A stretch of 64,000 nt of DNA from a bacterium (GTDB lineage: Bacteria > UBA10199 > 2-02-FULL-50-16 > JAJFLM01). The stretch is taken from assembly GCA_965216315.1 (NCBI GenBank), contig CBDCFN010000016.1, forward strand, positions 896,001-960,000. The letters are read 5' to 3'. A program made the position numbers and the translations under genes. A model generated the notes under the pieces. It was not told where the DNA came from. It searched no databases and worked only from the letters and a program-made list of their open reading frames with translations. Of this stretch, positions 39,541-48,988 are shown in pieces. Numbering within the stretch: the stretch's first letter is position 1; every line of letters starts with the position of its first letter.

Positions 39541-40710
39541 ATGAAACCTATTCCGGCATTTAAAATGAAGCCCCGTTACAATTATATCGCTGGGGCGCTG
39601 ATGGCCTTGGGTCTCATCACCATCGCGGTGGCTTTTTATGTCGATCCTGTTCGCGCATGGGCTAACTTGCTGATTGATAATTTTCTTTTCATGTCATTGG
39701 GTCTCGCCGGAGTGTTGATTATCGCACTTGTGAATGTTGCCAAGGGGAGATGGGCAGGTGTGCTTAAAAGGGTTCCGGAAGCCATGATGTCTTGTTTGCC
39801 TTATGCCTTTATTTTGATGCTACCATTAGGATTGGGCCTGCATTCTATTTATCACTGGACTCATGCGGATGTTGTGGCCAATGACACGCTTCTGCAGCAC
39901 AAGGCACCGTATCTGAATGCAACATTCTTCATGATTCGTATGGTCATTTTCTTTGCTATTTGGATTTTTTTCGCAAAGTTCATGCGAAAGCATTCATTGC
40001 GCCAAGACAATGATGCAGACATGGTTCATTATAAAAGGAGTTATAAGGGGTCCGCTGCCTTCATAGTGGTGTTTGCGGTGACATTTTCTTTTGCCAGTTA
40101 TGATTGGCTCATGTCCGTAGAGCCACATTGGTTTAGTACGATATTTTCGCTTTATACTTTTAGCAGTCTCTTTTTACATGGAATTGCCGCGTTGACGTTG
40201 ATTGTAACGTTGCTCTATGAGCGCAATTATTTAGTCGGTTACGTCAATGAAAACCATCTCCATGACTTAGGTAAGTTGCTTTTCGCTTTCAGTACTTTTT
40301 GGGCTTACATCTGGATTTCACAGTACCTGCTGATTTGGTATTCGAATATTCCCGAGGAGACGACTTATTTTGTGCTTCGTAAGGATGAGGATTGGAACTG
40401 GCTCTTCTGGCTTAACCTCGGGATTAATTGGGTGGTGCCTTTCCTTGTATTGATGCCACGTGCGGCCAAAAGAAACGCTGCCTTGCTGAAACGCGTATCC
40501 ATTACCTTGCTTATCGGCTACTGGCTTGATCTTTTCTTGCGAGTGGCTCCCAACGTGCTTTTGGAAAGGAAAATCGGACTGATTGAGATTTTCATGGCGT
40601 TGGGGTTTGTGGGGCTCTTTTTCTGGGTGACAGGGCGTGCCCTGGGCAAGGCGCCATTAATCGCTCGCAATGATCCTTATTTACAAGAGAGCTTAAATCT
40701 GCATCAATAG
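39541..40710 (+). CDS. actF: Alternative complex III membrane subunit ActF
   Basis: DWLMSVEPHWFSTIF, HLHDLGKLLFAFS.FWAY, QYLLIWYSNIPEET; start ATG 39541. Confidence 0.93.
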   Translation: MKPIPAFKMKPRYNYIAGALMALGLITIAVAFYVDPVRAWANLLIDNFLFMSLGLAGVLIIALVNVAKGRWAGVLKRVPEAMMSCLPYAFILMLPLGLGLHSIYHWTHADVVANDTLLQHKAPYLNATFFMIRMVIFFAIWIFFAKFMRKHSLRQDNDADMVHYKRSYKGSAAFIVVFAVTFSFASYDWLMSVEPHWFSTIFSLYTFSSLFLHGIAALTLIVTLLYERNYLVGYVNENHLHDLGKLLFAFSTFWAYIWISQYLLIWYSNIPEETTYFVLRKDEDWNWLFWLNLGINWVVPFLVLMPRAAKRNAALLKRVSITLLIGYWLDLFLRVAPNVLLERKIGLIEIFMALGFVGLFFWVTGRALGKAPLIARNDPYLQESLNLHQ

Positions 40711-40717
40711 GGCCATT

Positions 40718-41371
40718 ATGAAAGATGACCCGATCAAGCGCTTTGTTGAACATGATTTGCCCGTGGCTGGCATGCCGCTCTCTCCGATGGAACCACCTGA
40801 GGCCACCGCACCTCCGTCGATTGAAGCCGTTGAATATGCCGACCTAAAAGGGCCGCTCAAGCAGTTATGGGATGAGCATGAAGACTACCTTAAAGTATTG
40901 GCGGTTTTAGATAATGCACTCATAGCCCTGCGAGAAAATAGTTGGCTGATGACGCCGGAGATTTCGACCGGCATTAAACATTTCTTTCAGTATGTCGATG
41001 AAAGGGCGAGTTCTCATAATAATAAGGAAGAGCGGGCTCTTTTTCCCGTGCTACGTGAAAAGTTGATTGAAGCAGGAGAATGCAGTCCGGGAGAAGATAA
41101 GACGACACCCGTTGATGTCATGGAAGAGGAGCATGATAAAGTAGGTCAGTCGGCTGCAATCATGTTTACGCTTCTTGGGCTTGCGCCTCGCGTCGAGGAT
41201 GAGAAAATTAGGAATATGCTATTTGATCACGCTTGCAACTTGGGACAGGAAATCGTTGAGACGATGAAGCTGCATATCTTTCGCGAAAATAATATAATTT
41301 TCCCATTGGCGCAAAAACTTATTGCGGATGAAGATTGGGACAGTATTCACAAGAAAATGAAGCGGTATTAA
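40718..41371 (+). CDS. Hemerythrin-like domain protein
   Basis: DEHE, HNNKEERALFP, VMEEEH, LHIFRENNIIFPLAQ; N-terminal SPMEPP motif. Confidence 0.85.
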   Translation: MKDDPIKRFVEHDLPVAGMPLSPMEPPEATAPPSIEAVEYADLKGPLKQLWDEHEDYLKVLAVLDNALIALRENSWLMTPEISTGIKHFFQYVDERASSHNNKEERALFPVLREKLIEAGECSPGEDKTTPVDVMEEEHDKVGQSAAIMFTLLGLAPRVEDEKIRNMLFDHACNLGQEIVETMKLHIFRENNIIFPLAQKLIADEDWDSIHKKMKRY

Positions 41372-41718
41372 TTTGAACGATCTGACGAAGGTTGGTGAGC
41401 GGCATCTTTGATAGCAGCCTTAGGAATGAAAGTAATCTTACAGTCGGTCGCTGCGGAGCAGGTGCAGCAGAACGGTGTTCCATCTAATATGTGATCGACG
41501 CCAACGAGCTGGCCATCGGAGATGCTGAAAACTTTTTCCTCACTGCATTTGCAGTCACTGCTAGAAAAATCAATCGTACCACTGTGGATGACATAGGCCC
41601 CGTACGGCTGGTGCTCTTCATAAAAGAGCACTTGTCCCGCCTTGTAATGGACAAGTTTGCCATGATCGATCAGTTTTTCTATTTGGGAGGTGACTGCCGT
41701 CAACTCATCATTGGTCAT
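41368..41718 (-). CDS. Stand-alone cyclic-nucleotide-binding (Crp-type sensor) domain, no HTH
   Basis: YKAGQVLFYEEHQPYGAYVIHSGTI resembles the sensor domain of the adjacent regulator; 116 aa. Confidence 0.75.
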   Translation of the reverse strand: MTNDELTAVTSQIEKLIDHGKLVHYKAGQVLFYEEHQPYGAYVIHSGTIDFSSSDCKCSEEKVFSISDGQLVGVDHILDGTPFCCTCSAATDCKITFIPKAAIKDAAHQPSSDRSN

Positions 41719-41774
41719 TAAAGCTAAGTTAATTAATCACTTAGCTATTGAAAATGACCAACAACAGTTGCCTG

Positions 41775-41790
41775 CATGATTTTCATCATG
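41775..41790. promoter_or_regulatory. Crp/Fnr-type box upstream of the sensor-only gene
   Basis: CATGAT-TTTC-ATCATG with perfect arms. Confidence 0.65.
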
Positions 41791-42504
41791 TCAGTATTCA
41801 AGTTGTGCCGTTTCTATCAATGCATCAGCATCGAGTATGGTGATGTCGCGATCTTTGACGGCAATGAGCCCATCTTTTCGAAATTCAGAGAGAAGGCGGA
41901 TGGCCGTCTCTTGGGTGGCCCCAATCATTTCAGCCATTTCTTCTCGCGACAATTGAAGGTCGATAAGGGTCCCATTTTCTTTTTGTTTGCCGTAAGATCT
42001 TTTTAAGAGGAGTAAGAGCTCTGCCATGCGTTCTCGTACGCTATGATGAGCCAAGCTGGTGGCTAAGTCTTCAGCCTTGCCTAATTCGCGAGCTAACTTA
42101 ATTAACATGCCTCGGTTAAGTTCCGGGTTTTGGGAGAGAGTCTCGAAAAAAGTTTTCGTATCGATACAACAGATACGGCAGTCTTCAATTGCTTCGGCCG
42201 TGGCATGATAACATTCCTCGGCGACGAGACAGCGATACCCGAGCAAGTCACCGGGGCCTGCAATGCGCACAATCTGCTGGCGGCCGCTTGCAGATGTCTT
42301 GTAGAGCTTTACGCGGCCCGCATTGATGCAATAGAGGCCGTAGGCCTGATTAGCCTCGTAGAAAATGATCTGACCCTTCTTGTAGTTGTTGACGGTCTTG
42401 TGGGCATCAATCTCCTCAAAATCGCCGGAATGCAGGTGGCAGAAGAGCCCACCGGCGCGACTGGAGCAGCTTTCACACTCGATTCTGGATTTTTTGGCAG
42501 TCAT
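41791..42504 (-). CDS. Crp/Fnr family regulator with N-terminal Cys cluster (Fnr-like)
   Basis: CESC-x8-C, cNMP-type barrel, HTH LSREEMAEMIGATQETAIRLLSEF. Confidence 0.92.
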   Translation of the reverse strand: MTAKKSRIECESCSSRAGGLFCHLHSGDFEEIDAHKTVNNYKKGQIIFYEANQAYGLYCINAGRVKLYKTSASGRQQIVRIAGPGDLLGYRCLVAEECYHATAEAIEDCRICCIDTKTFFETLSQNPELNRGMLIKLARELGKAEDLATSLAHHSVRERMAELLLLLKRSYGKQKENGTLIDLQLSREEMAEMIGATQETAIRLLSEFRKDGLIAVKDRDITILDADALIETAQLEY

Positions 42505-42606
42505 CTACCCCTCTCTAAACCATACCGGAGAGGCGTTTTCAAGGCCTTTGCCGGACTTTTTAATGTACACCGATTTGGTATGGATCGCAAATAGACGCTG
42601 GCCGGG

Positions 42607-43389
42607 TCAGGGGAGGGCGGCGATGTAGGCCACCCAAATTGCTGAATCCTCGTCTTCTTCGATCGGTTCGAAATTGCCATCACCTTCGTCATTTTCATCT
42701 TCGCCTTCCATATAGACGATGCTTTGAGAAAATCCGGCCTCGGCTAAAAGTTCGCGGATTTCCGGGATGCTCCAATAACGCCAATGGTATGTGAAGGCGC
42801 GGTACTGTTTCGGTTTGCCTTTTGGTTTGAAATGAATGGAAAAAGTACACTCTCGGTTGATCGGGTTATAACTTTCGCATTCCCAATAGTAAGTGAATTC
42901 ACGAAATTTTTTATCTTCTGTGCCTACCATTACGACTTCGGTCCCGCCTTTGGTATCGAGAAAGAAAATGCTATCTTTGTTCATCGACTTTCGAACGCTA
43001 ATAAAATATTGTCTGAGCGTCTCACGGGTCTTGAAAATCCAATAAGAGAAATTAAACGCAACGATAATGTCGGAGTGGATTCCATCGCTGAGTAGGACAT
43101 CCTGCTTGAGATAGTGGAGACGGGCCTGCTGCTCTTGGGTCAGAGCTGCGCGGTAATATTCCTGGCCGTATCTGAGCGCATCTTCACAGAGATCGATGCC
43201 AATTGCCGTATGCTTGTCACTCTGCTTGACCCACTCACTTGAAAGGTAGCCAGCACCGCAAAAGTCTTCACGGAAGGAGAGCGGCCGGTGACCGATGAGG
43301 CGTTGATATTCATCATTGAGGAATTCGAGGTCAAAGGACGCGTCTTGGACGGCCTGACTATACATCTTGTACTGTTCATGTGTGGGCAT
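42607..43389 (-). CDS. Class I SAM-dependent methyltransferase
   Basis: YSQAVQ, REDFCGAG, GIDL, AFNFSYWIF, FTYHWRYWSIPE; start moved to ATG 43389. Confidence 0.82.
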   Translation of the reverse strand: MPTHEQYKMYSQAVQDASFDLEFLNDEYQRLIGHRPLSFREDFCGAGYLSSEWVKQSDKHTAIGIDLCEDALRYGQEYYRAALTQEQQARLHYLKQDVLLSDGIHSDIIVAFNFSYWIFKTRETLRQYFISVRKSMNKDSIFFLDTKGGTEVVMVGTEDKKFREFTYYWECESYNPINRECTFSIHFKPKGKPKQYRAFTYHWRYWSIPEIRELLAEAGFSQSIVYMEGEDENDEGDGNFEPIEEDEDSAIWVAYIAALP

Positions 43390-43475
43390 AGGAGCGAGTC
43401 TTTGTATATGATTGAGCGAATATTGCAAGAAGTATAGACGATGATTCTGCTTATATGAAGGAAGAAGTTTATTGA

Positions 43476-43802
43476 TTAGTGCCAAATATGTCCGATTGAG
43501 ATGCTGACACCACTTCGTCTTCGTGGGTGATAGTGGCCGCGATAGGTTGGCCCGAAATAGACTCCCGGATACGTTCCGTAATAGTGATGACCGCAATCGT
43601 GACTATGGTAGTGACGATTCGAGTGATGGTATCGGTGCGAATCATGCGGATGATAGTAATGATTTTTGACTTTGCCACGGCTATCATGAGTATGACTCAT
43701 GTGAAAACCGGGTGGGTGTTCTGCCCAAGCGCGCGTCGATGGAATGGCAAAGGCCAAACAAACCACGATGCTCAACAAAGCCCTTAATAAGAAATGTACC
43801 AT
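43476..43802 (-). CDS. Small secreted His/Tyr-rich protein
   Basis: SD GGAGG; signal ending AWA; His-rich low-complexity mature part ending GVSISIGHIWH. Confidence 0.7.
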   Translation of the reverse strand: MVHFLLRALLSIVVCLAFAIPSTRAWAEHPPGFHMSHTHDSRGKVKNHYYHPHDSHRYHHSNRHYHSHDCGHHYYGTYPGVYFGPTYRGHYHPRRRSGVSISIGHIWH

Positions 43803-43899
43803 GCCCGACCTCCAGGCTTATTCTATCATGAGTCGCCTCCCTCAAGGCAATGCTTGCTTAAGGGGAAAGGCGTAACATATTGAAATGACGATGAAAATA

Positions 43900-44529
43900 T
43901 TACGGCCCCGTGCGGGATCGGCGCGCGCATCCCTTGTACATGTAGGCGGCAAAGCGCGGGGCTTTATCCATGTAAAAGCGGTCTAATTTTTCCAGCTGAA
44001 AGCCCGCCGTTGTGATCAGGTCCGCCATGTCACGGTTAAAATGACAGCCGTCGCCGATGATTTTTTGAACCGGGGTGAGAATGGTTTGTAGGCGACGCAC
44101 TGAAGGATCCGGGCTGAGTCCATGTTCAATGAAAAGAAAGCTTCCGGAGGGTTTGAGAATGCGCCTTAGTTCTCGCAAGGCACTCTCAACGTGATGGATG
44201 CTACAGAGTGTCCAGGTACTGACAACCGTATCGAAGCTGGCATCCTCAAGGGGGATTGTTTCTCCATTAAGTGTGAGGGCTTCTACTTCATGTGTTGCGT
44301 TGGCAATTCGCTGTTGAGCTTTTTTCATGACTCCCGGATTAATATCGATCGTTGTAATTTTATCGATGCCCTCGGGATAGAAGGGAAGGTTGAGCCCGGT
44401 TCCCAGGCCAATCTCAAACACATTCCCTTGGGCCTCAGTTAATAGATCCCTGCGGAGGGAGGCAAACTCCGGTTGCGACATGATCCATTCAAGGAAATGA
44501 GGGAAGATGTAACGAGAGTAGAGGCCCAT
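43900..44529 (-). CDS. Class I SAM-dependent methyltransferase (METTL7-like)
   Basis: VFEIGLGTGLN, FDTVVSTWTLCSI, FIEHG, GCHFNR. Confidence 0.9.
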   Translation of the reverse strand: MGLYSRYIFPHFLEWIMSQPEFASLRRDLLTEAQGNVFEIGLGTGLNLPFYPEGIDKITTIDINPGVMKKAQQRIANATHEVEALTLNGETIPLEDASFDTVVSTWTLCSIHHVESALRELRRILKPSGSFLFIEHGLSPDPSVRRLQTILTPVQKIIGDGCHFNRDMADLITTAGFQLEKLDRFYMDKAPRFAAYMYKGCARRSRTGP

Positions 44530-44621
44530 TCACTTCAAATAACCGAAAGAAAAACCCTTGATCAATTGAAAAGAGTTCTAGCCTTGAGAAATGAGAATTG
44601 GCTGTATATAAAGGAAGTTTG

Positions 44622-46397
44622 ATGGAAGTCGCAACCGGATCCACTTATGCACACCGCTTGGTCGATGCCTTTCGACGTTTTGCTGACCAGCCGGCAATGA
44701 AATGGAAGCAAGCCGGTGAGTGGGTACAGCTAAGTTATGCCGAACTTGGCCATCAGGTGTTCAGCTTGGCTGCCGTTCTCATTGAATCAGGGGTCCAAAA
44801 GGGCGATCGTATTGCCATCTATCTGGAAACGAGTCGGCCTTGGATCCTAATGGATTTTGCCTTACAGATCGTCGGGGCGGTAACGACGACGGTCTACCCA
44901 ACCCTTCCTGCCGAACAGGCTAAAAAGATATTACATGATGCTGAGGTCAAAGGATTGCTGACCACGCCGGAGCGTCTCAAGGCGCTTGAAGTGGATTTTG
45001 GTTTGCCGGCCTCGTGTGAGGTAAAGATGATCGTGGCTCACGATGAGCGAGATAGCTTTGAGTCTCTTTTAGGAAAAGGTGCGAAGCTATTGGCAGGTAA
45101 TCCATCGCTGACGAAGCGAGTAGAATCTCCCGACGTTGAGCTGGAAGATCTGTCGGCAATTATCTATACGAGTGGCACAACGGGTGAGCCCAAAGGCGCG
45201 ATGCTCTCGCATCGTAATGCGATTGCCAATGCGGATGCGGGAATTCAATGTTTCGCAATGGCCAGATACTACGTTAATTTTGTTCACCTTCCCTTAGCAC
45301 ATGTTGTCGCGCGCAATATGGTGGTTCCAACGGCGGTCATGACGGGAGATCTCATGGCCATTGCCGAGTCGGACCGTAACAAATGGCCTGCCAACTTTCT
45401 TGAGGTTAGACCAGTTGGAATGGTTACCGTTCCCTATTTGTTAGATAAGATATATGATCGTGTCATGGATAAGATAGCGCACCAGAGCTTGCCGTTGAGG
45501 ATCTTGTCACGATGGGCTCTGGCGGAGGGATATCGTTGCCGCGTGCAGCCATTATTGAAGGGTGGTCCTGTCCGTGAGCGGGCGACGCTTCGGTTGCGAG
45601 TCCTGGATAGTCTGGTCTTAAAAAAAATTCGTGCTATTTTCGGCGGGCGTTTGGTTGTCATTGTAACCGGGGCGGCCCATATTCGACTGGAGACAGTCGC
45701 TTTTTTCTGGGCGCTCGGTATTCAGGTCTATGAGGCCTACGGGATGACCGAAGTAACGACAGCCGGGACCTTTACCTGGCATCAAGATATCAAGTTAGGT
45801 ACGGTTGGAAAAGCTGCGCCGGGCATGCAAGTCAAGCTAGCTGATGACGGAGAAGTATTGTTGAAAGGCCCTAGTGTGATGAAAGGGTATTGGAAGCAAC
45901 CGGAGGCCACAGCTAAAGTGATTGATGCCGATGGTTGGTATCATACGGGTGATATTGGTTCTTTCGATAATGCAGGCTATCTTTCCATCGTTGACCGGAA
46001 GCGTGATCTTTTTGTTCTGGATACTGGGAAGAACGTAGCTCCGCAGGCGGTTGAAAATGCCTTAAAGCGGTCGGCGTGTGTTGAAAATGTCTGCGTCGTG
46101 GGAGACCAGCGACGTTACATCGTCGCCTTAATTGTTCCCGCCTTAGATGTTATTCAGCAGCGCTTGGGTCTTTCCAACCCGCCTGACAAGGAGGATCCTC
46201 GAGTGAAAGCCTTATTGGACGATGAAGTGGCCAAATATTCAGTTGATTTGGCTGTATTCGAACGTGTGAAGCGCTACGAGTTGCTTTCGGAACCATTTTC
46301 TACGGACAATGAGTTATTGACGCCGACATTGAAGCTGCGGCGTAAAAAAATTATCGAACAACACAAGGGTGTCATTGAGGGTCTCTATCGTCATTGA
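44622..46397 (+). CDS. fadD: Long-chain fatty-acid--CoA ligase (AMP-binding)
   Basis: IIYTSGTTGEPKG, YGMTE, GWYHTGDIG, GKNVAPQ, LTPTLKLRR. Confidence 0.88.
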   Translation: MEVATGSTYAHRLVDAFRRFADQPAMKWKQAGEWVQLSYAELGHQVFSLAAVLIESGVQKGDRIAIYLETSRPWILMDFALQIVGAVTTTVYPTLPAEQAKKILHDAEVKGLLTTPERLKALEVDFGLPASCEVKMIVAHDERDSFESLLGKGAKLLAGNPSLTKRVESPDVELEDLSAIIYTSGTTGEPKGAMLSHRNAIANADAGIQCFAMARYYVNFVHLPLAHVVARNMVVPTAVMTGDLMAIAESDRNKWPANFLEVRPVGMVTVPYLLDKIYDRVMDKIAHQSLPLRILSRWALAEGYRCRVQPLLKGGPVRERATLRLRVLDSLVLKKIRAIFGGRLVVIVTGAAHIRLETVAFFWALGIQVYEAYGMTEVTTAGTFTWHQDIKLGTVGKAAPGMQVKLADDGEVLLKGPSVMKGYWKQPEATAKVIDADGWYHTGDIGSFDNAGYLSIVDRKRDLFVLDTGKNVAPQAVENALKRSACVENVCVVGDQRRYIVALIVPALDVIQQRLGLSNPPDKEDPRVKALLDDEVAKYSVDLAVFERVKRYELLSEPFSTDNELLTPTLKLRRKKIIEQHKGVIEGLYRH

Positions 46398-47484
46398 TTG
46401 ACTCGGAAGCAGTCGGTTGCGTGCGAGCCTGTAGTTCGTCTTGCAACGTGGCTGTTCGTTTTTCATTGCCGAGATGTTGGTAGACGCCGATCAGTGCGTG
46501 GTAGGCGGCAACAAAAGGGCGTTGACCGCGGCCGCGATTACGTGCGATGCCGCGTTCGAGGAGTTGGCGTCCTTCTTCCATGTAAGGGCCACCCATTTCA
46601 CTCAGGATAATTCCTTTGGTGCTCATGTTGCGTGAATGGCCATTGATGGCTAAGGCATCATTCACGGCCTCTAAGGCGTCTCTGTAGTAGTTCATCGCCT
46701 CTTGCCAATCGTTTTCGACCCGTTCGAGGCGGGCCATTTCGAGCAAGATGAGCGCTTCTTCGCAATAATGCCGTGCGACTTTTGGATTCAGCTCTTCAGC
46801 GACGCAGATAGCGCGATTGGCTTCATCAAAGTATTGATCCGCCCGTTCGACATTGTCGGGAATAAATTGTACCGCGCGTTGGCGCAGGGTGACGGCCAAT
46901 TCACACCAACTGCGGGCGTGATGATTGAGGGTCACCAATTGGCGGAAATGACTTTCAGCTGGCGCTAATTTGCCGAGCTCGCGATAGCTGAGTCCGAGGT
47001 GGAGTAGTGCGCTTTTTGAAGGTTCGCCACGTTGACGCGAACGTTGCAGGATTTCATGCCAGTAAGTTACCGCGTCATCGTAGCGTCGCTGCGCTGAGGC
47101 CCAATGAGCTTGTTCAATGAGTGAGGTCGGTTCGGTTGTACTCGTAGTCATTGTGGCTTCGGTGCCAGGGGCTGAACGCTTGTCATTGCCTGCGAACTGC
47201 GTCCCGTCATTTTCGCCAGGCATAGCGGGGATGCGTTCTAACTGCAGCTCAGGCAAGTCGACAGCAAAGAGGCGGGCATTGCGCGTGAAGCTGTCGGTCC
47301 ATGAAATCGCCCAAGGGGCTTGAGTGAGGGGGGTTGCCTCGGCACGGTCGGCCGCCGTCGTGGCCCGCCATCCGCTGATACCGCTATGATCGAATAGAAC
47401 GGTCGTTCCGTTAGGTAAAAGGGGCATGATATTCAGTCCGCCATTGGGCATGAGCAGGCGCAATTGGAGGGCAGAGATAGTCAT
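46372..47484 (-). CDS. TPR-repeat protein with unknown N-terminal region
   Basis: ALLHLGLSYRELGKLAPAESHF and further TPR-like helices; start ATG 47484 chosen from the promoter position. Confidence 0.7.
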   Translation of the reverse strand: MTISALQLRLLMPNGGLNIMPLLPNGTTVLFDHSGISGWRATTAADRAEATPLTQAPWAISWTDSFTRNARLFAVDLPELQLERIPAMPGENDGTQFAGNDKRSAPGTEATMTTSTTEPTSLIEQAHWASAQRRYDDAVTYWHEILQRSRQRGEPSKSALLHLGLSYRELGKLAPAESHFRQLVTLNHHARSWCELAVTLRQRAVQFIPDNVERADQYFDEANRAICVAEELNPKVARHYCEEALILLEMARLERVENDWQEAMNYYRDALEAVNDALAINGHSRNMSTKGIILSEMGGPYMEEGRQLLERGIARNRGRGQRPFVAAYHALIGVYQHLGNEKRTATLQDELQARTQPTASESINDDRDPQ

Positions 47485-47494
47485 TGTAGCCGCT

Positions 47495-47521
47495 CTATCG
47501 ACGCTGGGCCTATTTAGTTGC
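47495..47521 (-). promoter_or_regulatory. sigma28/FliA-like promoter
   Basis: GCAACTAA-N11-GTCGATAG, 10 nt before ATG 47484. Confidence 0.6.
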
Positions 47522-47548
47522 TTGTGATTGCAGGGGGCTTTGGGGCGC

Positions 47549-48205
47549 TTACTCTCTTTGATACAGGATGCGATGATAAACCGCCGTTTCGGTTCCTGTC
47601 TCATGGTTGGTCTCAAAACGGATCTCCTTGAGGCCACATTGATTGAATGAGTTTAGTTCCGAGCGTGCTAGTGGCCAAGGTGGGCCTGGTGGGTCCCTAT
47701 CCGATTCATCACGGCCATGACATACAACGAGGATGTGTCCACCCGCTTTGACGAAGCCGGCAACGGCTTCAATCGTTTGGGTGCGCACAGAAATAGGTAA
47801 CGCTTGGACCGTATAGACCTCCAAGATGAAATCAAATGCCGCTTGCCATTCCCGCGGTGCTTGAAACAAATCAGCGACTTGGTAGTTAACGGGAGAGCTG
47901 GGAAAGCGCTGTTGAGACCATTGGATGGCGGTTGGCGAAATATCAAAGGCTGTCACCTCAAAATTCCGCGCGGCCAAGGCCTCCGCATCATCGCCCAGGC
48001 CACATCCGACAACTAAGGCCTTTCGTCCGGCCCCCTGAATCTCATTCTGTTGGAGCCACTCAAGAACCTCAGGGTGGGTGGCGTTGCGGGCCCAAGGAAC
48101 GCTTTCTATCTTGCCGGCTGCCTCACGATAAAGAGGCTCAAACCAGTCAGACGGGTGAGCGGCGCGTTGCGCTAATTCTTGGGCTTTCTTGGTGGCATCG
48201 GTCAT
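47549..48205 (-). CDS. Class I SAM-dependent methyltransferase (TPMT-like)
   Basis: WFEPLY..VPW, ALVVGCGLGDDAE, FDISPTAI, GPPWPL. Confidence 0.9.
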   Translation of the reverse strand: MTDATKKAQELAQRAAHPSDWFEPLYREAAGKIESVPWARNATHPEVLEWLQQNEIQGAGRKALVVGCGLGDDAEALAARNFEVTAFDISPTAIQWSQQRFPSSPVNYQVADLFQAPREWQAAFDFILEVYTVQALPISVRTQTIEAVAGFVKAGGHILVVCHGRDESDRDPPGPPWPLARSELNSFNQCGLKEIRFETNHETGTETAVYHRILYQRE

Positions 48206-48224
48206 GATTGATTCTTTCGGGTCT

Positions 48225-48265
48225 TTGATCTAGATCATAGGGGTCCGAGGTATTTTCTGTAAAGT
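48225..48265 (+). promoter_or_regulatory. Fnr-type box with class II promoter geometry
   Basis: TTGAT-CTAG-ATCAT (48225-48238) and a -10-like TAAAGT (48260-48265) before the cytochrome gene. Confidence 0.65.
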
Positions 48266-48288
48266 AGAGACGAAGGGGAGGGCATTTT

Positions 48289-48717
48289 ATGCGACATATA
48301 TATATTCTCATCCTTGGCGTATTGCTGTGCGGAGCGGGGCTGACCAGTGCATTAGCTGGTAAGGCGTCTCATCAGCATGGGCCGGTGATGCCCTTGGAGG
48401 TCGTTCCGGAAACGAAGCGCTACATGAACCAGATGGAAGCGGCTTATTTGCGGTTGCAGATGCTCAGTCATAAGGACATGGCCGATTTCAAATCAATTGC
48501 AGCTGAACTAAAGAATATGGATCAAGCGGCCCGGAAGGTGGTAAAGATAAATAAAAATATCAAGCTCAACGAATTAATTAAAGGGCTACGCAAGCAGATC
48601 GAGGATGTCATGGAGGCGAACGAGAAGAAGCATCAAGAAGGCGTCGTGATGCACTTGGATGTCTTGCACGTGACCTGTTTTGCGTGTCACACGACCCATG
48701 CAAAACCAATTGATTGA
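48289..48717 (+). CDS. Periplasmic class II (c'-like) cytochrome c
   Basis: Signal peptide ending ALA; helical body; single C-terminal CFACH. Confidence 0.78.
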   Translation: MRHIYILILGVLLCGAGLTSALAGKASHQHGPVMPLEVVPETKRYMNQMEAAYLRLQMLSHKDMADFKSIAAELKNMDQAARKVVKINKNIKLNELIKGLRKQIEDVMEANEKKHQEGVVMHLDVLHVTCFACHTTHAKPID

Positions 48718-48721
48718 TCAA

Positions 48722-48988
48722 CTAGGTTGATGAACTCTGTTTTTTCTTGATCCAATCCTCATAGGACTTGCCGGCGGCTTCATCAACGCCGCTTAATTCA
48801 ATGGTGCTTAAGTCGGCAATGGGGAACTTCTTTTTTTCAGCGCTCCCTTCGAGAATAAGTTCAACAAACTCATCATTGCGGTTGAACAGATATCCGACCA
48901 CGTGACGCTTATCGGTGAACATAAGCGTCACGTGGCCGCGATAGTCAAATGCGGCTTCAATTTGTTCTTTGAGCGTCCGCGCTGTCAT
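48722..48988 (-). CDS. Small hypothetical protein (Sm/Hfq-like beta fold possible)
   Basis: AFDYRGHVTL...GYLFNR...AAGKSYEDW; 1-nt overlap with the fadE stop. Confidence 0.65.
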   Translation of the reverse strand: MTARTLKEQIEAAFDYRGHVTLMFTDKRHVVGYLFNRNDEFVELILEGSAEKKKFPIADLSTIELSGVDEAAGKSYEDWIKKKQSSST

